From NCBI GenBank assembly GCA_964005815.1, contig CAXFSR010000043.1, positions 96,001 through 160,000 of the forward strand: a DNA stretch of 64,000 nt, read 5' to 3'. Each line of letters begins with the position of its first letter. Positions within the stretch are counted from its first letter, which is position 1. Source of the stretch: an uncultured Nitrospinaceae bacterium (GTDB lineage Bacteria > UBA8248). Both the position numbers and the translations under genes were made by a program. Below, piece after piece: positions 19,474 through 29,635 of this stretch. The notes under the pieces were generated by a model, which worked only from the letters and a program-made list of their open reading frames with translations, did not search any database and was not told the origin of the DNA.

Positions 19474-19829
19474 CTCGCTACACCTGAAGAATCTTTCACA
19501 GGACTCTTCATAATAATAGCTGTCATTTTTCCACCTACAGCCGCCGTTTTATGTTCCATTCCAGATGGAATGTATGCTACTAATCCAGGCCTAAGTTCCA
19601 TTTTTACCCCGTGAGTTTCGGTATAACCTTCCCCAGACAAAACCCATATGATTTCTTCTTGTCCCGGATGGCTATGAGGCTCATGAGGTGTTTCTGGATC
19701 ATATTCCGTAATACCTGCCCGCAAATGCTCTGACCCATTTGCATCTGGTCCAACAATTACTTTGGAAGTTCCCCACTCCACTTCCTGAAACGGAATTTCG
19801 TCAATTTTAAACACATTTTTTTCTGGCAT
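19470..19829 (-). CDS. Cupin domain protein
   Basis: HSHPGQEEIIWVLSGEG ... IPSGMEH; RBS GAGGAG before ATG at 19829. Confidence 0.9.
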   Translation of the reverse strand: MPEKNVFKIDEIPFQEVEWGTSKVIVGPDANGSEHLRAGITEYDPETPHEPHSHPGQEEIIWVLSGEGYTETHGVKMELRPGLVAYIPSGMEHKTAAVGGKMTAIIMKSPVKDSSGVAS

Positions 19830-19875
19830 TTTTCTCCTCAAAACAATGAATAAATTTTAAAAAATAGTTTTACTA

Positions 19876-20922
19876 CTACAAACGAACTCTGATTTCCTTA
19901 CCACATTCCTCAGTAGAAAGGCTCCCACCTAAATCAGGAGTTCTACATCCATCTGCTATAGAACTTTCAACTGCTTGCCGAATCAAAGATGCTCCTTCCT
20001 CACATCCTAGATGATCTAGGATAAGAGCACCAGTAAGAATTGATGCAACAGGATTAGCTATACCCTTTCCAACAATATCTGGAGCTGTTCCGTGCACCGG
20101 TTCAAAAAGAGATATGCCGTCAACATTCATATTTACAGAGGGTGCAAGTCCAATACCTCCTGCCAAGCCCGAGGTTACATCACTTAGGATATCACCATAC
20201 ATATTATTAGTGACCAAAACATCAAAATCTGAAGGGTGTTGGATTAATTCCATAGCAACCGCATCAATATGTTTAGCTTCTGAATCTATATGACTAAATT
20301 CTATACGAACTTCCTCAAAAATTCTTCTCCATATTCCTCCAGCATATTTCAAACCACTCGCTTTATCCGCCATTGTCACTTTTTTCCTGTGATGTCTTTC
20401 AGCATACAAAAAAGCGGATCGGATAATTCGTTCAACCCCTTTATATGTATGAATTTCTTCCTGCACTGCAATCTCATCTTTTGTACCTTCCTTAAAAAAA
20501 CCACCCATATTCACAAAAAGACCTTCGGTATTTTCACGTACAACAACATGATCTATTTCTCCTGCTTTCTTATTTTTGATAGGGGTCAAATCTTCATGAT
20601 AAAGTCTGGAAGGACGAATATTTGCATACAGATCTAATCCGAAACGAAGACCAAGCAGTATCTGTTCTTGCACAATAGAACCTCCTACCCTTGGATCTCC
20701 AACTGCCCCATGGAAAATACCATCAAAGTTTTTAGCAAGAATTTCGCAAGCGTCCTCTGGAAGAGCGCTACCTTCTTCCAAATAACGATCACTTCCCCAA
20801 TCAAAATGCTCAAATTCAACTTTAAAATTTGCAGTTTCTGCAGCCTGCAACAAAGTAGCTTCTGCTTCAGGCATTACTTCTTTCCCAATTCCATCTCCTT
20901 GAATAACTGCAATTTGAACCAT
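19876..20922 (-). CDS. Isocitrate/isopropylmalate/tartrate dehydrogenase family protein
   Basis: GDGIGKEV, VRENTEG, NMYGDILSD, FEPVHGTAPDIVGKGIANP. Confidence 0.92.
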   Translation of the reverse strand: MVQIAVIQGDGIGKEVMPEAEATLLQAAETANFKVEFEHFDWGSDRYLEEGSALPEDACEILAKNFDGIFHGAVGDPRVGGSIVQEQILLGLRFGLDLYANIRPSRLYHEDLTPIKNKKAGEIDHVVVRENTEGLFVNMGGFFKEGTKDEIAVQEEIHTYKGVERIIRSAFLYAERHHRKKVTMADKASGLKYAGGIWRRIFEEVRIEFSHIDSEAKHIDAVAMELIQHPSDFDVLVTNNMYGDILSDVTSGLAGGIGLAPSVNMNVDGISLFEPVHGTAPDIVGKGIANPVASILTGALILDHLGCEEGASLIRQAVESSIADGCRTPDLGGSLSTEECGKEIRVRL

Positions 20923-21063
20923 TGTAATTCTCCAAAGTTTTATTATGTAATCAAATTTATTTTCTCAAACAAATATTTTCGTGTAAACCATGTTCGTCAC
21001 AACCGATAAATATGTTTTAATAAGTTTAAATTATAACTCATACAGATATAGAAAGGCGTTCAC

Positions 21064-22161
21064 ATGGTTGAGTCTGGAGAATTACCCAAAGGAACGGTTC
21101 GGTATCCTGCCGAATTTGTGAAAGAATTTGCTTATAAAGTATTCGCTTCGGTCGGTGTTCCTGATGAAGACTGCAAACTTATTTCCGAAGTTTTAATTAG
21201 TGCTGATCTTAGAGGTATTAGAAGTCACGGAGCTGCACGTTTAACTTTCTTTATGGTTCGCCTTGGAAATGGAGTAATAAATAATAAACCAAAAATGATT
21301 TTCAATCGTGGCAGCAACACTACTGGCACCCTAGATGCTGACAATGCACTTGGCATAATTTCTTCAAATCGTGCGATGGAAGAAGCTCTTAGTATGGCCG
21401 AAGAACATGGAAGTGGTTTTGTCGCAGTACGAAACAGCAATCACTTTGGTTACGCAGGTTATTGGGCAAAGAAAGCAATGGAAAGAGGATTTATTGGAAT
21501 CAGTATGTCTAACGGTGGAAGAAGGTCTACTGCGACTTTTGGAGCTGAAGCAATTTTTGGAACAAATCCAATGAGTGTCGCTATTCCTGGAGGACCTGAG
21601 AAAACTGACTTCCATTTAGATATGGCAACTTCAACAGTCGCAGTTGGGAAAATTGAAACCGCACTGAGAGAAGGGAAAAAAATTCCAAAAGGATGGGTGC
21701 CAGAAGCATACGGAGAACCATCCTTGAACGAAAAAAGTATTCTTAATTATGACGTTCCTCTACTTCCTCTAGGAGGAGAAGGAGATTCTACAGGTGGGCA
21801 TAAAGGATATGGATTGTCCTTAATGGTTGATCTTTTATGCGGTGTATTAGCAGGTTCAAATTTAGAAGAACGAATGGCAGGTGCAGGTGGAAACAGCAAG
21901 GCGGGCACAGGGCACTTTATGGGTGCAATAAAACTGGAAGGATTTCGTTCTCCTTCTTTAATTCATGATGAAATGTCCGAAATGTTTTCTACTATCAGAA
22001 ACTCAAAAAAAGTAGAAGGCGAGGACAAAATCTACATACACGGGGAACCTGAAAAGTTCTCGGAGGAAGAAAACCTAAAACTTGGAGTCCCTATTACTCC
22101 CCCTATAAGAGAACAGATGATTGAATTAAACAAGGAACTGGGACTTGGATACGAATTGTAA
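21064..22161 (+). CDS. Ldh_2 (type 2 malate/L-lactate/sulfolactate dehydrogenase) family
   Basis: ADLRGIRSHG, RNSNHFG, GTNPMS, LDMATS, GHKGYGL. Confidence 0.93.
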   Translation: MVESGELPKGTVRYPAEFVKEFAYKVFASVGVPDEDCKLISEVLISADLRGIRSHGAARLTFFMVRLGNGVINNKPKMIFNRGSNTTGTLDADNALGIISSNRAMEEALSMAEEHGSGFVAVRNSNHFGYAGYWAKKAMERGFIGISMSNGGRRSTATFGAEAIFGTNPMSVAIPGGPEKTDFHLDMATSTVAVGKIETALREGKKIPKGWVPEAYGEPSLNEKSILNYDVPLLPLGGEGDSTGGHKGYGLSLMVDLLCGVLAGSNLEERMAGAGGNSKAGTGHFMGAIKLEGFRSPSLIHDEMSEMFSTIRNSKKVEGEDKIYIHGEPEKFSEEENLKLGVPITPPIREQMIELNKELGLGYEL

Positions 22162-22178
22162 TTAAAGAAAAAAGGATT

Positions 22179-22739
22179 TTATTGGGTTAGTTTATTGAAA
22201 TATTCTATTGTTTTTTTATCATCCCATTTTCTTGGTCCAACTATTTTTTGAATTAACATTCCTTTTGCATCTATTACAAAAGTCTCTGGTACTCCTTTAA
22301 CAGAATACAATTTTTTTATTTTATGACGAGGATCTAAAGCTACAGGAAATGAAATTTTATATTTCTTCACAAATTTCCTGACAACATCTGCCCCCAAAGC
22401 ATCTATACTTACAGCAACAATTTCAAATTTCTTGTTCAAACTTTTTAGACTTTGATAAAGATTCTCCAAAGAAGGCATTTCATCTAAACATGGGATACAC
22501 CAACTAGCCCAAATATTTAATAAAATTACTTTCCCTTTAAAATTAGAAAGTTGAATTATATTTCCATCTAAATCCGGGAAAGAGAAATCAGGAACTGCCA
22601 GACCTCTTTCCAATACAACTTTCATGTTTTTTTCATCATAATCTATTCTGTTGAAATGACTTAACACACCCCATAAAATAGTTATTACAAAAGGGATAAG
22701 AAATATCGCAAAAGCTATTTTTCCTGATTTTTCTTTCAC
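22179..22739 (-). CDS. TlpA/ResA/CcmG-like thiol-disulfide oxidoreductase
   Basis: N-terminal TM, WASWCIPC, GVPETF. Confidence 0.9.
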   Translation of the reverse strand: MKEKSGKIAFAIFLIPFVITILWGVLSHFNRIDYDEKNMKVVLERGLAVPDFSFPDLDGNIIQLSNFKGKVILLNIWASWCIPCLDEMPSLENLYQSLKSLNKKFEIVAVSIDALGADVVRKFVKKYKISFPVALDPRHKIKKLYSVKGVPETFVIDAKGMLIQKIVGPRKWDDKKTIEYFNKLTQ

Positions 22740-22784
22740 TTAAACCTCTTTGAGAAAAAAGACAGAAAGAGAAAACTTTTGAAA

Positions 22785-23387
22785 TCAATCCTTTGATTTC
22801 GATAGTATATATTTAATAAGTCCGAAAGCATCATTAGAATCCCATTCTCGGGGACCTTTTGAATATGCAACAAGATATCCTTCTCTATCTATTAAAAATG
22901 TTGTAGGAATTGATCTAACTTCATAATTATACTTAGCATTATCTTTTGGATCGTATGCAATTGGAAAAGTTAGCTTAAGATCCTTAACAAACTTTTTGAT
23001 TTTAACAAAATCTTCACTATCAAGTGAAATCGCAAGTACTTCCAGCCCCATATCTTTAAATTTCACATAGGCCTTCTCCATCGAAGGCATTTCTCTGACA
23101 CAAGGGGGACACCAAATAGCCCAAAAATTTACAAGAACAACTTTCCCCAAGAATCTATCTAGTCCATATAAATCTCCACCTAGGGAACTCAAGGCCAAAT
23201 CAGGAGCTTTCTTTTTGAGTGGCAATACCACAAAACCCATCTTAGAGAATAACGAAGCAGCACTTTCTCCGACAAAACTGTTCTTAGATTGTTCTTTGGA
23301 AATTTTAAAGCTATTTTCAAAAAGAAGCACAAAGAGAATTACAAAAACAGCGAAAAAAACAGACAAAAAAAAGGAGATCTTAAACAA
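22785..23387 (-). CDS. TlpA/ResA/CcmG-like thiol-disulfide oxidoreductase
   Basis: N-terminal TM, FWAIWCPPC, SIPTTF. Confidence 0.9.
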   Translation of the reverse strand: MFKISFFLSVFFAVFVILFVLLFENSFKISKEQSKNSFVGESAASLFSKMGFVVLPLKKKAPDLALSSLGGDLYGLDRFLGKVVLVNFWAIWCPPCVREMPSMEKAYVKFKDMGLEVLAISLDSEDFVKIKKFVKDLKLTFPIAYDPKDNAKYNYEVRSIPTTFLIDREGYLVAYSKGPREWDSNDAFGLIKYILSKSKD

Positions 23388-23425
23388 AACTATTCCTTTA
23401 AAAATCGAAAGAAAATTGTATTCTA

Positions 23426-23899
23426 TTAGCCATCAAAATTATTCAACTCTCTTTCCACTCTCGAATCCAATTCAACAGCTCTTTCATTGTGTTTTTCTTC
23501 AAGAATATCTTCTTCACTCTTTAACCAAGAAAAAATTAGAATCGAAAAAATTAACAACCCAGACAAAAAAACAATAAAAGGAAGTAGCCAGGAAGTAATC
23601 AGAAACCCTTCTGATGGAGGTACTGAAAGCACCGTCTTTCCGTAAACTTCAACAAAATAGGAAATAATCTCTTCTTTTGTTTTCCCTTCTCTTATCTGTT
23701 TTTTTACAACTTCTCTCAACTGAGAGCCTTCTGAACTAGGACAATCTGACAACATCTTTCCTGGACAAACAGGACTCATTAGTGACTTAGAGACATCTTC
23801 ATACGTGGTTTTCGCACCCTCTGAAAGATGAACTGATATATCCAAAAACATAAGAAGAATTAGAATACTCAAACAACTAAATCTACAAAATTGTTTCAT
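23426..23899 (-). CDS. ccmH: CcmH/CycL/NrfF family protein (variant motif SPVC...SDC)
   Basis: IREGKTKEEIISYFVEVYG..VL..PP..GF...WLLP; located in ccm operon. Confidence 0.85.
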   Translation of the reverse strand: MKQFCRFSCLSILILLMFLDISVHLSEGAKTTYEDVSKSLMSPVCPGKMLSDCPSSEGSQLREVVKKQIREGKTKEEIISYFVEVYGKTVLSVPPSEGFLITSWLLPFIVFLSGLLIFSILIFSWLKSEEDILEEKHNERAVELDSRVERELNNFDG

Positions 23900-23901
23900 C
23901 G

Positions 23902-24027
23902 CTAATTTCGTCCAATTTGACTTTCTTCATTTTTCTCCTCTAACAAACCACATCTGACTATCAAGCGAGTTGCATAAATGAAGATAGATAAATAAAAAAC
24001 TAGATACGCAGAAATTACGTAAGACAT
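23902..24027 (-). CDS. ccmD: Heme exporter protein CcmD (41 aa, not in ORF track)
   Basis: Translated by hand: MSYVISAYLVFYLSIFIYATRLIVRCGLLEEKNEESQIGRN; Y..AY TM helix plus charged tail; directly after ccmC. Confidence 0.8.
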   Translation of the reverse strand: MSYVISAYLVFYLSIFIYATRLIVRCGLLEEKNEESQIGRN

Positions 24028-24042
24028 GTATTTCCCTTTAAA

Positions 24043-24774
24043 TTAAAACTCTTTCATATTGATTAATTTTCCAATTTTATATCTTTTTCTGGATAGATAT
24101 ATGAAAAGCATCAAAACAGAGAAGCAAGAACTCCACAAAGCTATGTGCATGCTCGTGGGCAAATCTGCCATCCCTCCACTTCGAATCACTACTGGTGCCG
24201 GATGGAGTGTTCTCCACCAAACAACAGAATAATGAACTATTGGAACATTCAAAAAACTAAATATACCTAGAACTGCTGACAATCTAGCTCTTCGTTCAAA
24301 TTCATCTATATAGGAACGCAACATTAAGTAAGCAACATACAACAACCATAGTATTAAAGAAGTAGTAAGTCTTGCATCCCAAGTCCACCACACTCCCCAT
24401 ATTGGCTTTGCCCAAATAGGTCCTGTAATAAGTACCAAAGTATTAAAAAATACCCCTACCTCTGCGAATGAATTTGCAAGAAGGTCATCTGTGTTTTTAC
24501 TTGTATATAAATACTTTATAGAAAAGATAAAAACTAGAAAAAAAGCTAGAAAAGAAATCCAGGCAGATGGAACATGTATATAAAAGATCTTTTGTGGAAC
24601 AGACTGGAATCTATCTAATTTCGCTATATAAAAGATTGAATAAAATGCCCAAACAAGGGAAGTCAAAGAGAAAATACCTAGCAACCTATTTAAACCCTTC
24701 TCTAATTTTATTAATAAAATTAATAACGAGAAAAAAACTACCAATATAAATAACAGATACAAGACAAACCTCAT
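24043..24774 (-). CDS. ccmC: Heme exporter protein CcmC
   Basis: IFYIHVPSAW, WWD motif WAKPIWGVWWTWDARLT, WWRTLHP. Confidence 0.95.
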   Translation of the reverse strand: MRFVLYLLFILVVFFSLLILLIKLEKGLNRLLGIFSLTSLVWAFYSIFYIAKLDRFQSVPQKIFYIHVPSAWISFLAFFLVFIFSIKYLYTSKNTDDLLANSFAEVGVFFNTLVLITGPIWAKPIWGVWWTWDARLTTSLILWLLYVAYLMLRSYIDEFERRARLSAVLGIFSFLNVPIVHYSVVWWRTLHPAPVVIRSGGMADLPTSMHIALWSSCFSVLMLFIYLSRKRYKIGKLINMKEF

Positions 24775-24797
24775 TAATTTTAAATTTGTTTCAGAAA

Positions 24798-25499
24798 TTA
24801 TTCCTCTAACAATTTTTCAAATAATATAGACGCAAGTGTAATAGAGACTAAATCATATACGACAATCAATTTAACCCAATCCAATATTTGTTCCCATTCT
24901 TTGTTATTCAAAAGAATAGAAGTTGATTTAATTGATGCAATAATCAAAGGCACAAGAATTGGGAACATTAAGATCGGCAAGAAAATTTCCTTTAGATTGG
25001 TCTTGGCACTCAGAGTAGAAAAGAATGTCCCAATAGTAGCTATTCCTAATAAGGAGAGTGAACTAGTCAATATTAACAAAATATATCTTTCAGAAAATGG
25101 AGCACGAAAAAAAACTATCAGAAAAAAATATACAGAAACCTGTATGAAAAACAAGAATAAAACGTTAGGGATTAATTTCCCAAGAAAAAATGCAGAAGAA
25201 TCAACGGGAATAGTTAAATATTGACTAAGACCACCTGCTTCTTTTTCTATCATAGCCGAACGAGAAAATCCTAAAATTGATGCGAATAAAATCGAAATCC
25301 AAAACACCCCCGAATAGAGATCCATATTACTTTCACCAACACTTTTAAAGGAGATATCAAGGAAACCAAAAATAAGAGATATTACCAAGGCAAAAATCAA
25401 CATGAGTGGAATCATTTCTTTATTTCTTAATTCAATACGCAAATCCTTTTTTACAACCGCTAATATTACTGAAAAATATAGACTTATTTTATTCGACAT
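24798..25499 (-). CDS. ccmB: Heme exporter protein CcmB
   Basis: KKDLRIELRNKE, LPILMFPILVPLII; between ccmA and ccmC. Confidence 0.92.
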   Translation of the reverse strand: MSNKISLYFSVILAVVKKDLRIELRNKEMIPLMLIFALVISLIFGFLDISFKSVGESNMDLYSGVFWISILFASILGFSRSAMIEKEAGGLSQYLTIPVDSSAFFLGKLIPNVLFLFFIQVSVYFFLIVFFRAPFSERYILLILTSSLSLLGIATIGTFFSTLSAKTNLKEIFLPILMFPILVPLIIASIKSTSILLNNKEWEQILDWVKLIVVYDLVSITLASILFEKLLEE

Positions 25500-25503
25500 A
25501 GTT

Positions 25504-26226
25504 TTAACCATTCACAAGCTCAATAATTTCTTCATTTTTCAAAGCACCCACATCATCCAATGCAACTAATTTCCCTTTATCCAAAATTCCTATCTTGCTA
25601 CTTACATCCGATGCTCTTTCAAGAAAATGTGTAGAAAAAACAAAAAACCTTTCTTTTGGTGATCTGTTGAGGCAATCGAAATCAAAACCTCTTCTTATCA
25701 TTCCCATCAATAACTCTACAAATTTTCTATCTAAACTTACAAAAGGTTCGTCCATGAGAATTATTTCAGGATCATGAATAATTGACCTGACTATTGAAAC
25801 ACGTTTAACAAGACCTTCACTTAAATGACGCAATGGACGATCTAAAAAATTAAAAAAATCAAATACTGCACTCAACTCATTGATTCTTTCATCTTTTTCT
25901 TTCTTAGTTATTCCAAATAGCGAGGAATAGAAATCTAGATTCTCACGAATGCTAAGAGAATAATAAAGAAAAGGGCTATGAGGAACCATGCCAAGACTTC
26001 TACTTACAGATTCTCTTATGTTTTCTCCATCTAAAAGGATCTCTCCCTCACTAGGCTTACTAACCATACCAAATTGATTTAAAAGTGAAGTTTTTCCAGA
26101 CCCATTACTACCTAGAAGAACAAGTATTTCTCCTCTTTCAATAGTTAAATTAATTTCCTTTAGAACCCATATCTTCCCATAACGTTTTCCAATATTCACA
26201 GTCTCTAACAATACTTTTCCTTTCAA
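25504..26226 (-). CDS. ccmA: Heme ABC exporter ATPase CcmA
   Basis: GSNGSGKT, ILMDEPF; operon position. Confidence 0.88.
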   Translation of the reverse strand: MKGKVLLETVNIGKRYGKIWVLKEINLTIERGEILVLLGSNGSGKTSLLNQFGMVSKPSEGEILLDGENIRESVSRSLGMVPHSPFLYYSLSIRENLDFYSSLFGITKKEKDERINELSAVFDFFNFLDRPLRHLSEGLVKRVSIVRSIIHDPEIILMDEPFVSLDRKFVELLMGMIRRGFDFDCLNRSPKERFFVFSTHFLERASDVSSKIGILDKGKLVALDDVGALKNEEIIELVNG

Positions 26227-26227
26227 C

Positions 26228-27059
26228 TTAAAGATCTAGTAGACGTGAAAAATAAAGCTCGCGTTCTTCTTTATATGATTCTTCTTCAATTCGACCTTGA
26301 GTTCTCAAGTCATCCAAAGACGCGATCTTTCGCAGTAATTGCTCCCTTTCATGAATACGTTTCAATTTTTTTACTCTCTTTCTCCTATACAAAAATGCAA
26401 AAGTAACACTTAAAATAAAAAGAGTAGCAAACAGAATATAGAAAAAATCTAATCTGCCTAAAGAATCAGGGGCTTTTAAATTTAATGAAAAATTACTTCC
26501 TGAGCGCAAAGGAAGGAGATATTGATTATACTCCTTTCCATTTAATTCAAGGACGCTAGAAACTCTAATTCCACTCATGTCTAATTGAACATTTTTACTA
26601 TTAGTCAATAGTGTGAAATTTGGAGAGTCAAAGAAAATTGGTTTTGTAAACTTAATTCCCCCATAACTATCAGCAAGTCTATATCGCAGAAGTATAAATT
26701 TTTCACCTTTCGGAAATGGTTCTTTAGATATTAATGTGGTCTTAGACATTTCATACATTCTAGGAGAAAGTCCCACAGGAGCCGAAGACCAAACAGCATT
26801 AGGATTTCGAACGTTACTACTAATTGGAAGAACAAACTTGAAAGTTGGAATATTTTTTTTTTGATTTCAAAAAAAAATCACTTTTATTTATAAAATTGAA
26901 GATTTCAGTCACCTCATAAAGTCCTTTTTGCAAATCTATGACCATCACATTCTTTGTTAAAAAAAGACTATGTGAAGAAAGATTTTCTTTTACCTTTGAA
27001 TAAACATCAGAACAAGACAAGAAAAACAGAAACATGACCAAGAAAAAATATCTACTCAT
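26228..27059 (-). pseudogene. ccm-associated membrane-anchored periplasmic protein split by a 1-nt frameshift in a homopolymer (real or assembly error)
   Basis: ORFs 26820-27077 and 26228-26776 join in frame if one base is removed from the A10 run (plus-strand T 26853-26862); ATG at 27059 overlaps the upstream stop (ATGA). Confidence 0.7.
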
Positions 27060-27610
27060 TTTATTTTTTGTCCACAATGAGAACAGAATTTATCTTCGGA
27101 AGTACATGAATGACCACACGAAGCACAAAAAAGTGTTTCAACTGACAGCACATTTTCTTTCTTTGATAAATCTTGATGGGAAATATTTTTCTTGTCAGGC
27201 TTTAGACTTGAATTCCTATATCGCAAAATCTCTTCTTCTATTTCATTTCTGACCTTTTTTTCATTTTCTGTACCTGCACTTAGACCATTTTCTTCGAATA
27301 TTGCATCTCCTTCCCTAACTCCTAAGGCTTCAAGCCTTCTTAAAACATTCAAGGCTTTTTCATTTAAAGGGTTTAGCAATTTAGAATAGTCTTCATCCGA
27401 AAGTTTTTTCATTGCCTTATCGAAACGCACTTCAAGAATATTCTTATATATATTATCACGTTCAATCATGAGACGAGAAATTCTTTTGTTTTGTTCCGAC
27501 ATACTATTCGTATGTAAAGAATTTACTGAAACACTAAAAAGTGGCCAAAAAGAAAAAACACAGGCCGCCAGAAAAAAAACAAACAGAATAGAGAGTGAGA
27601 TAAATTCCAT
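27056..27610 (-). CDS. CcmI-N-like membrane protein with C-terminal zinc ribbon
   Basis: N-terminal TM; LEVRFDKAMKKLSDEDY; CASCG...FCSHCG. Confidence 0.75.
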   Translation of the reverse strand: MEFISLSILFVFFLAACVFSFWPLFSVSVNSLHTNSMSEQNKRISRLMIERDNIYKNILEVRFDKAMKKLSDEDYSKLLNPLNEKALNVLRRLEALGVREGDAIFEENGLSAGTENEKKVRNEIEEEILRYRNSSLKPDKKNISHQDLSKKENVLSVETLFCASCGHSCTSEDKFCSHCGQKIK

Positions 27611-27613
27611 TGC

Positions 27614-29590
27614 TTATTCCTTCAGAATAAAAATCTGACCTTTCCTCCTTGACCATCTCTCAGGAAGAAAACAAATAATAGCTCCAAAAGAGAAAACTAT
27701 TCCGCCAAACCAAATCCAATTCAATAGTGGATTCACCATAAACTTAAAACTCGCAGATCCACTTGAATCCACATCCGAAAAAACAGCATAAACATCAGAC
27801 AGAAATCCTCTCCTTATTCCTGCTTCGGTAGTTGGCTGAGGTGGTGTGAAATAAACTCTTCTCTCAGGAGAAACTGATCCAATTTGATGACCCATACTGA
27901 ATACTGACAATCTGGCGCGAACAGCTCTGTAAGAGTCACTGAATTCCTGTTTAACGCCTTCATATCTTACCCTCACCGACCCAATATGAAAACTTTCACC
28001 AGGGCGCAGTCTAACCTCCTCTGTCACTTGATAAGCGGAAGAAGCTGCTACCCCTATAAACAATATCGCCATTCCCAAATGCACTATATATCCGCCAAAT
28101 CGTCTTTTGTTATTCATTGTAAGAAACCAAATACATGCAAAATATGAAAGTTTCATTCGTCCTTTTACCAATTTTGCACCTTTATGAAATTCTATAAAGA
28201 TTGCGCAAATTGAAAAAATCGATAGTGAAATAGCCATAACTCCATAAAGATGATGAATATTAAAAAACAAAAGTACGAAAGTTCCTAACAAACCTACAAA
28301 CGCAGGAAAAAGAAAACTCTTTTTCAATTGAGGTATTGAAGTTATCCTCCAAGCCATTAGTGGCCCAGCTCCAAGCAATAGCAATAAAAACATCCCCATT
28401 GGGACATTGACCTGGTCAAAGAACGGAGGTCCCACTGTAACTTTTATACCTTCAACAAGTTCTGATACAACAGGGAACATAGTTCCCCAAAAAATTGCAA
28501 ATGTCATAGATACAAAAACAACATTATTTAAAAGAAAACCGGCTTCCCTGGAAAAAAAACTTTCTAATTCATGCTCGCTTTTTAATTTTGACAATCGCAT
28601 AAAAACCAAAAAGAAAGAAATAAAAAGAGCAATTAAAAGATAAACCAAAAACACCCATCCAAAATTACTATTTGCAAAAGCATGAACACTCGACAAGATT
28701 CCACTTCTCGTGACAAAGGTCCCAAAAATTGTAAGCAAGTACGTCAAAATAATTAATACAACATTCCATACTTTAAGCATTCCTCTTTTCTCTTGAATTA
28801 TTATGGAATGCAGAAAAGCTGTACCTGTCAACCAAGGCATCAAACTTGCATTTTCCACCGGATCCCATGCCCAATATCCACCCCAACCTAATTCTTTATA
28901 TGCCCATGCCCCACCTAAAAGAATTCCAGTTCCGTTAAAAAACCAAGCAAAAAGTGTCCAACGACGAATTGTTTGTATCCACTCATTATCTAATTTGCCA
29001 GTCACGAGCGCTGCAATACAAAAAGAAAATGGAACTACATACCCTACATATCCTAAGTATAAATTTGGAGGATGTATTACCATTCCCCAATCTTGCAATA
29101 GGGGATTCAATCCTTTCCCATCAATAGGTGGAACATTATTTACATCAAAAGGCAAAGTCATAAAATTGAGTAAAAAAAGAAAGAAAAAAGCAGTTACCAT
29201 AAGAGTGCCAATGACATAAGGCATTAAATCTAAATTTCGTCTTTCATTCTGTCTAATCACTAAAAAACAATATACACAGAGCAGTAACAACCAAAGCATA
29301 AGACTGCCTTCTTGACCTCCCCAAAAAGCACTAAACCGATAGAAAGCTTCAAGTGAATTATTCACATGATCTGCTACATACTTTACTCTGTAATCACGGA
29401 TCAGAAGCAAATAAATAAGAGAACAACTTGCAGTGATAACTAAAAGAAAAACAGAGATCGCAGAATTACTGCCGACTTTCGTCAAACGATTATTTCTTAA
29501 AAATCCGCCGAAAAAAGAAAAGAAAATACTGGCAAGAGAAAGAATCAGAGCAAAGAAAATACTATACCTACCCAAATCAACTAAGAACAA
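27614..29590 (-). CDS. ccmF: Cytochrome c heme lyase CcmF
   Basis: WGGQEGS, GLNPLLQ, HPPNLYLGY, WGGYWAWDPVENAS, SVHAF. Confidence 0.96.
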   Translation of the reverse strand: MFLVDLGRYSIFFALILSLASIFFSFFGGFLRNNRLTKVGSNSAISVFLLVITASCSLIYLLLIRDYRVKYVADHVNNSLEAFYRFSAFWGGQEGSLMLWLLLLCVYCFLVIRQNERRNLDLMPYVIGTLMVTAFFFLFLLNFMTLPFDVNNVPPIDGKGLNPLLQDWGMVIHPPNLYLGYVGYVVPFSFCIAALVTGKLDNEWIQTIRRWTLFAWFFNGTGILLGGAWAYKELGWGGYWAWDPVENASLMPWLTGTAFLHSIIIQEKRGMLKVWNVVLIILTYLLTIFGTFVTRSGILSSVHAFANSNFGWVFLVYLLIALFISFFLVFMRLSKLKSEHELESFFSREAGFLLNNVVFVSMTFAIFWGTMFPVVSELVEGIKVTVGPPFFDQVNVPMGMFLLLLLGAGPLMAWRITSIPQLKKSFLFPAFVGLLGTFVLLFFNIHHLYGVMAISLSIFSICAIFIEFHKGAKLVKGRMKLSYFACIWFLTMNNKRRFGGYIVHLGMAILFIGVAASSAYQVTEEVRLRPGESFHIGSVRVRYEGVKQEFSDSYRAVRARLSVFSMGHQIGSVSPERRVYFTPPQPTTEAGIRRGFLSDVYAVFSDVDSSGSASFKFMVNPLLNWIWFGGIVFSFGAIICFLPERWSRRKGQIFILKE

Positions 29591-29635
29591 TCAAATCACT
29601 CCAGAAAATAGAATTTTTGAAATTTATAAACTGCT

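Noticed and set aside
19876..20922. Assigning leuB
   Set aside because: No leu operon context; cannot be separated from tartrate/D-malate or other decarboxylating dehydrogenases by eye
22179..23899. Selenocysteine read-through in the redox proteins
   Set aside because: The TlpA CxxC motifs and CcmH Cys residues are ordinary Cys in uninterrupted ORFs; no in-frame TGA
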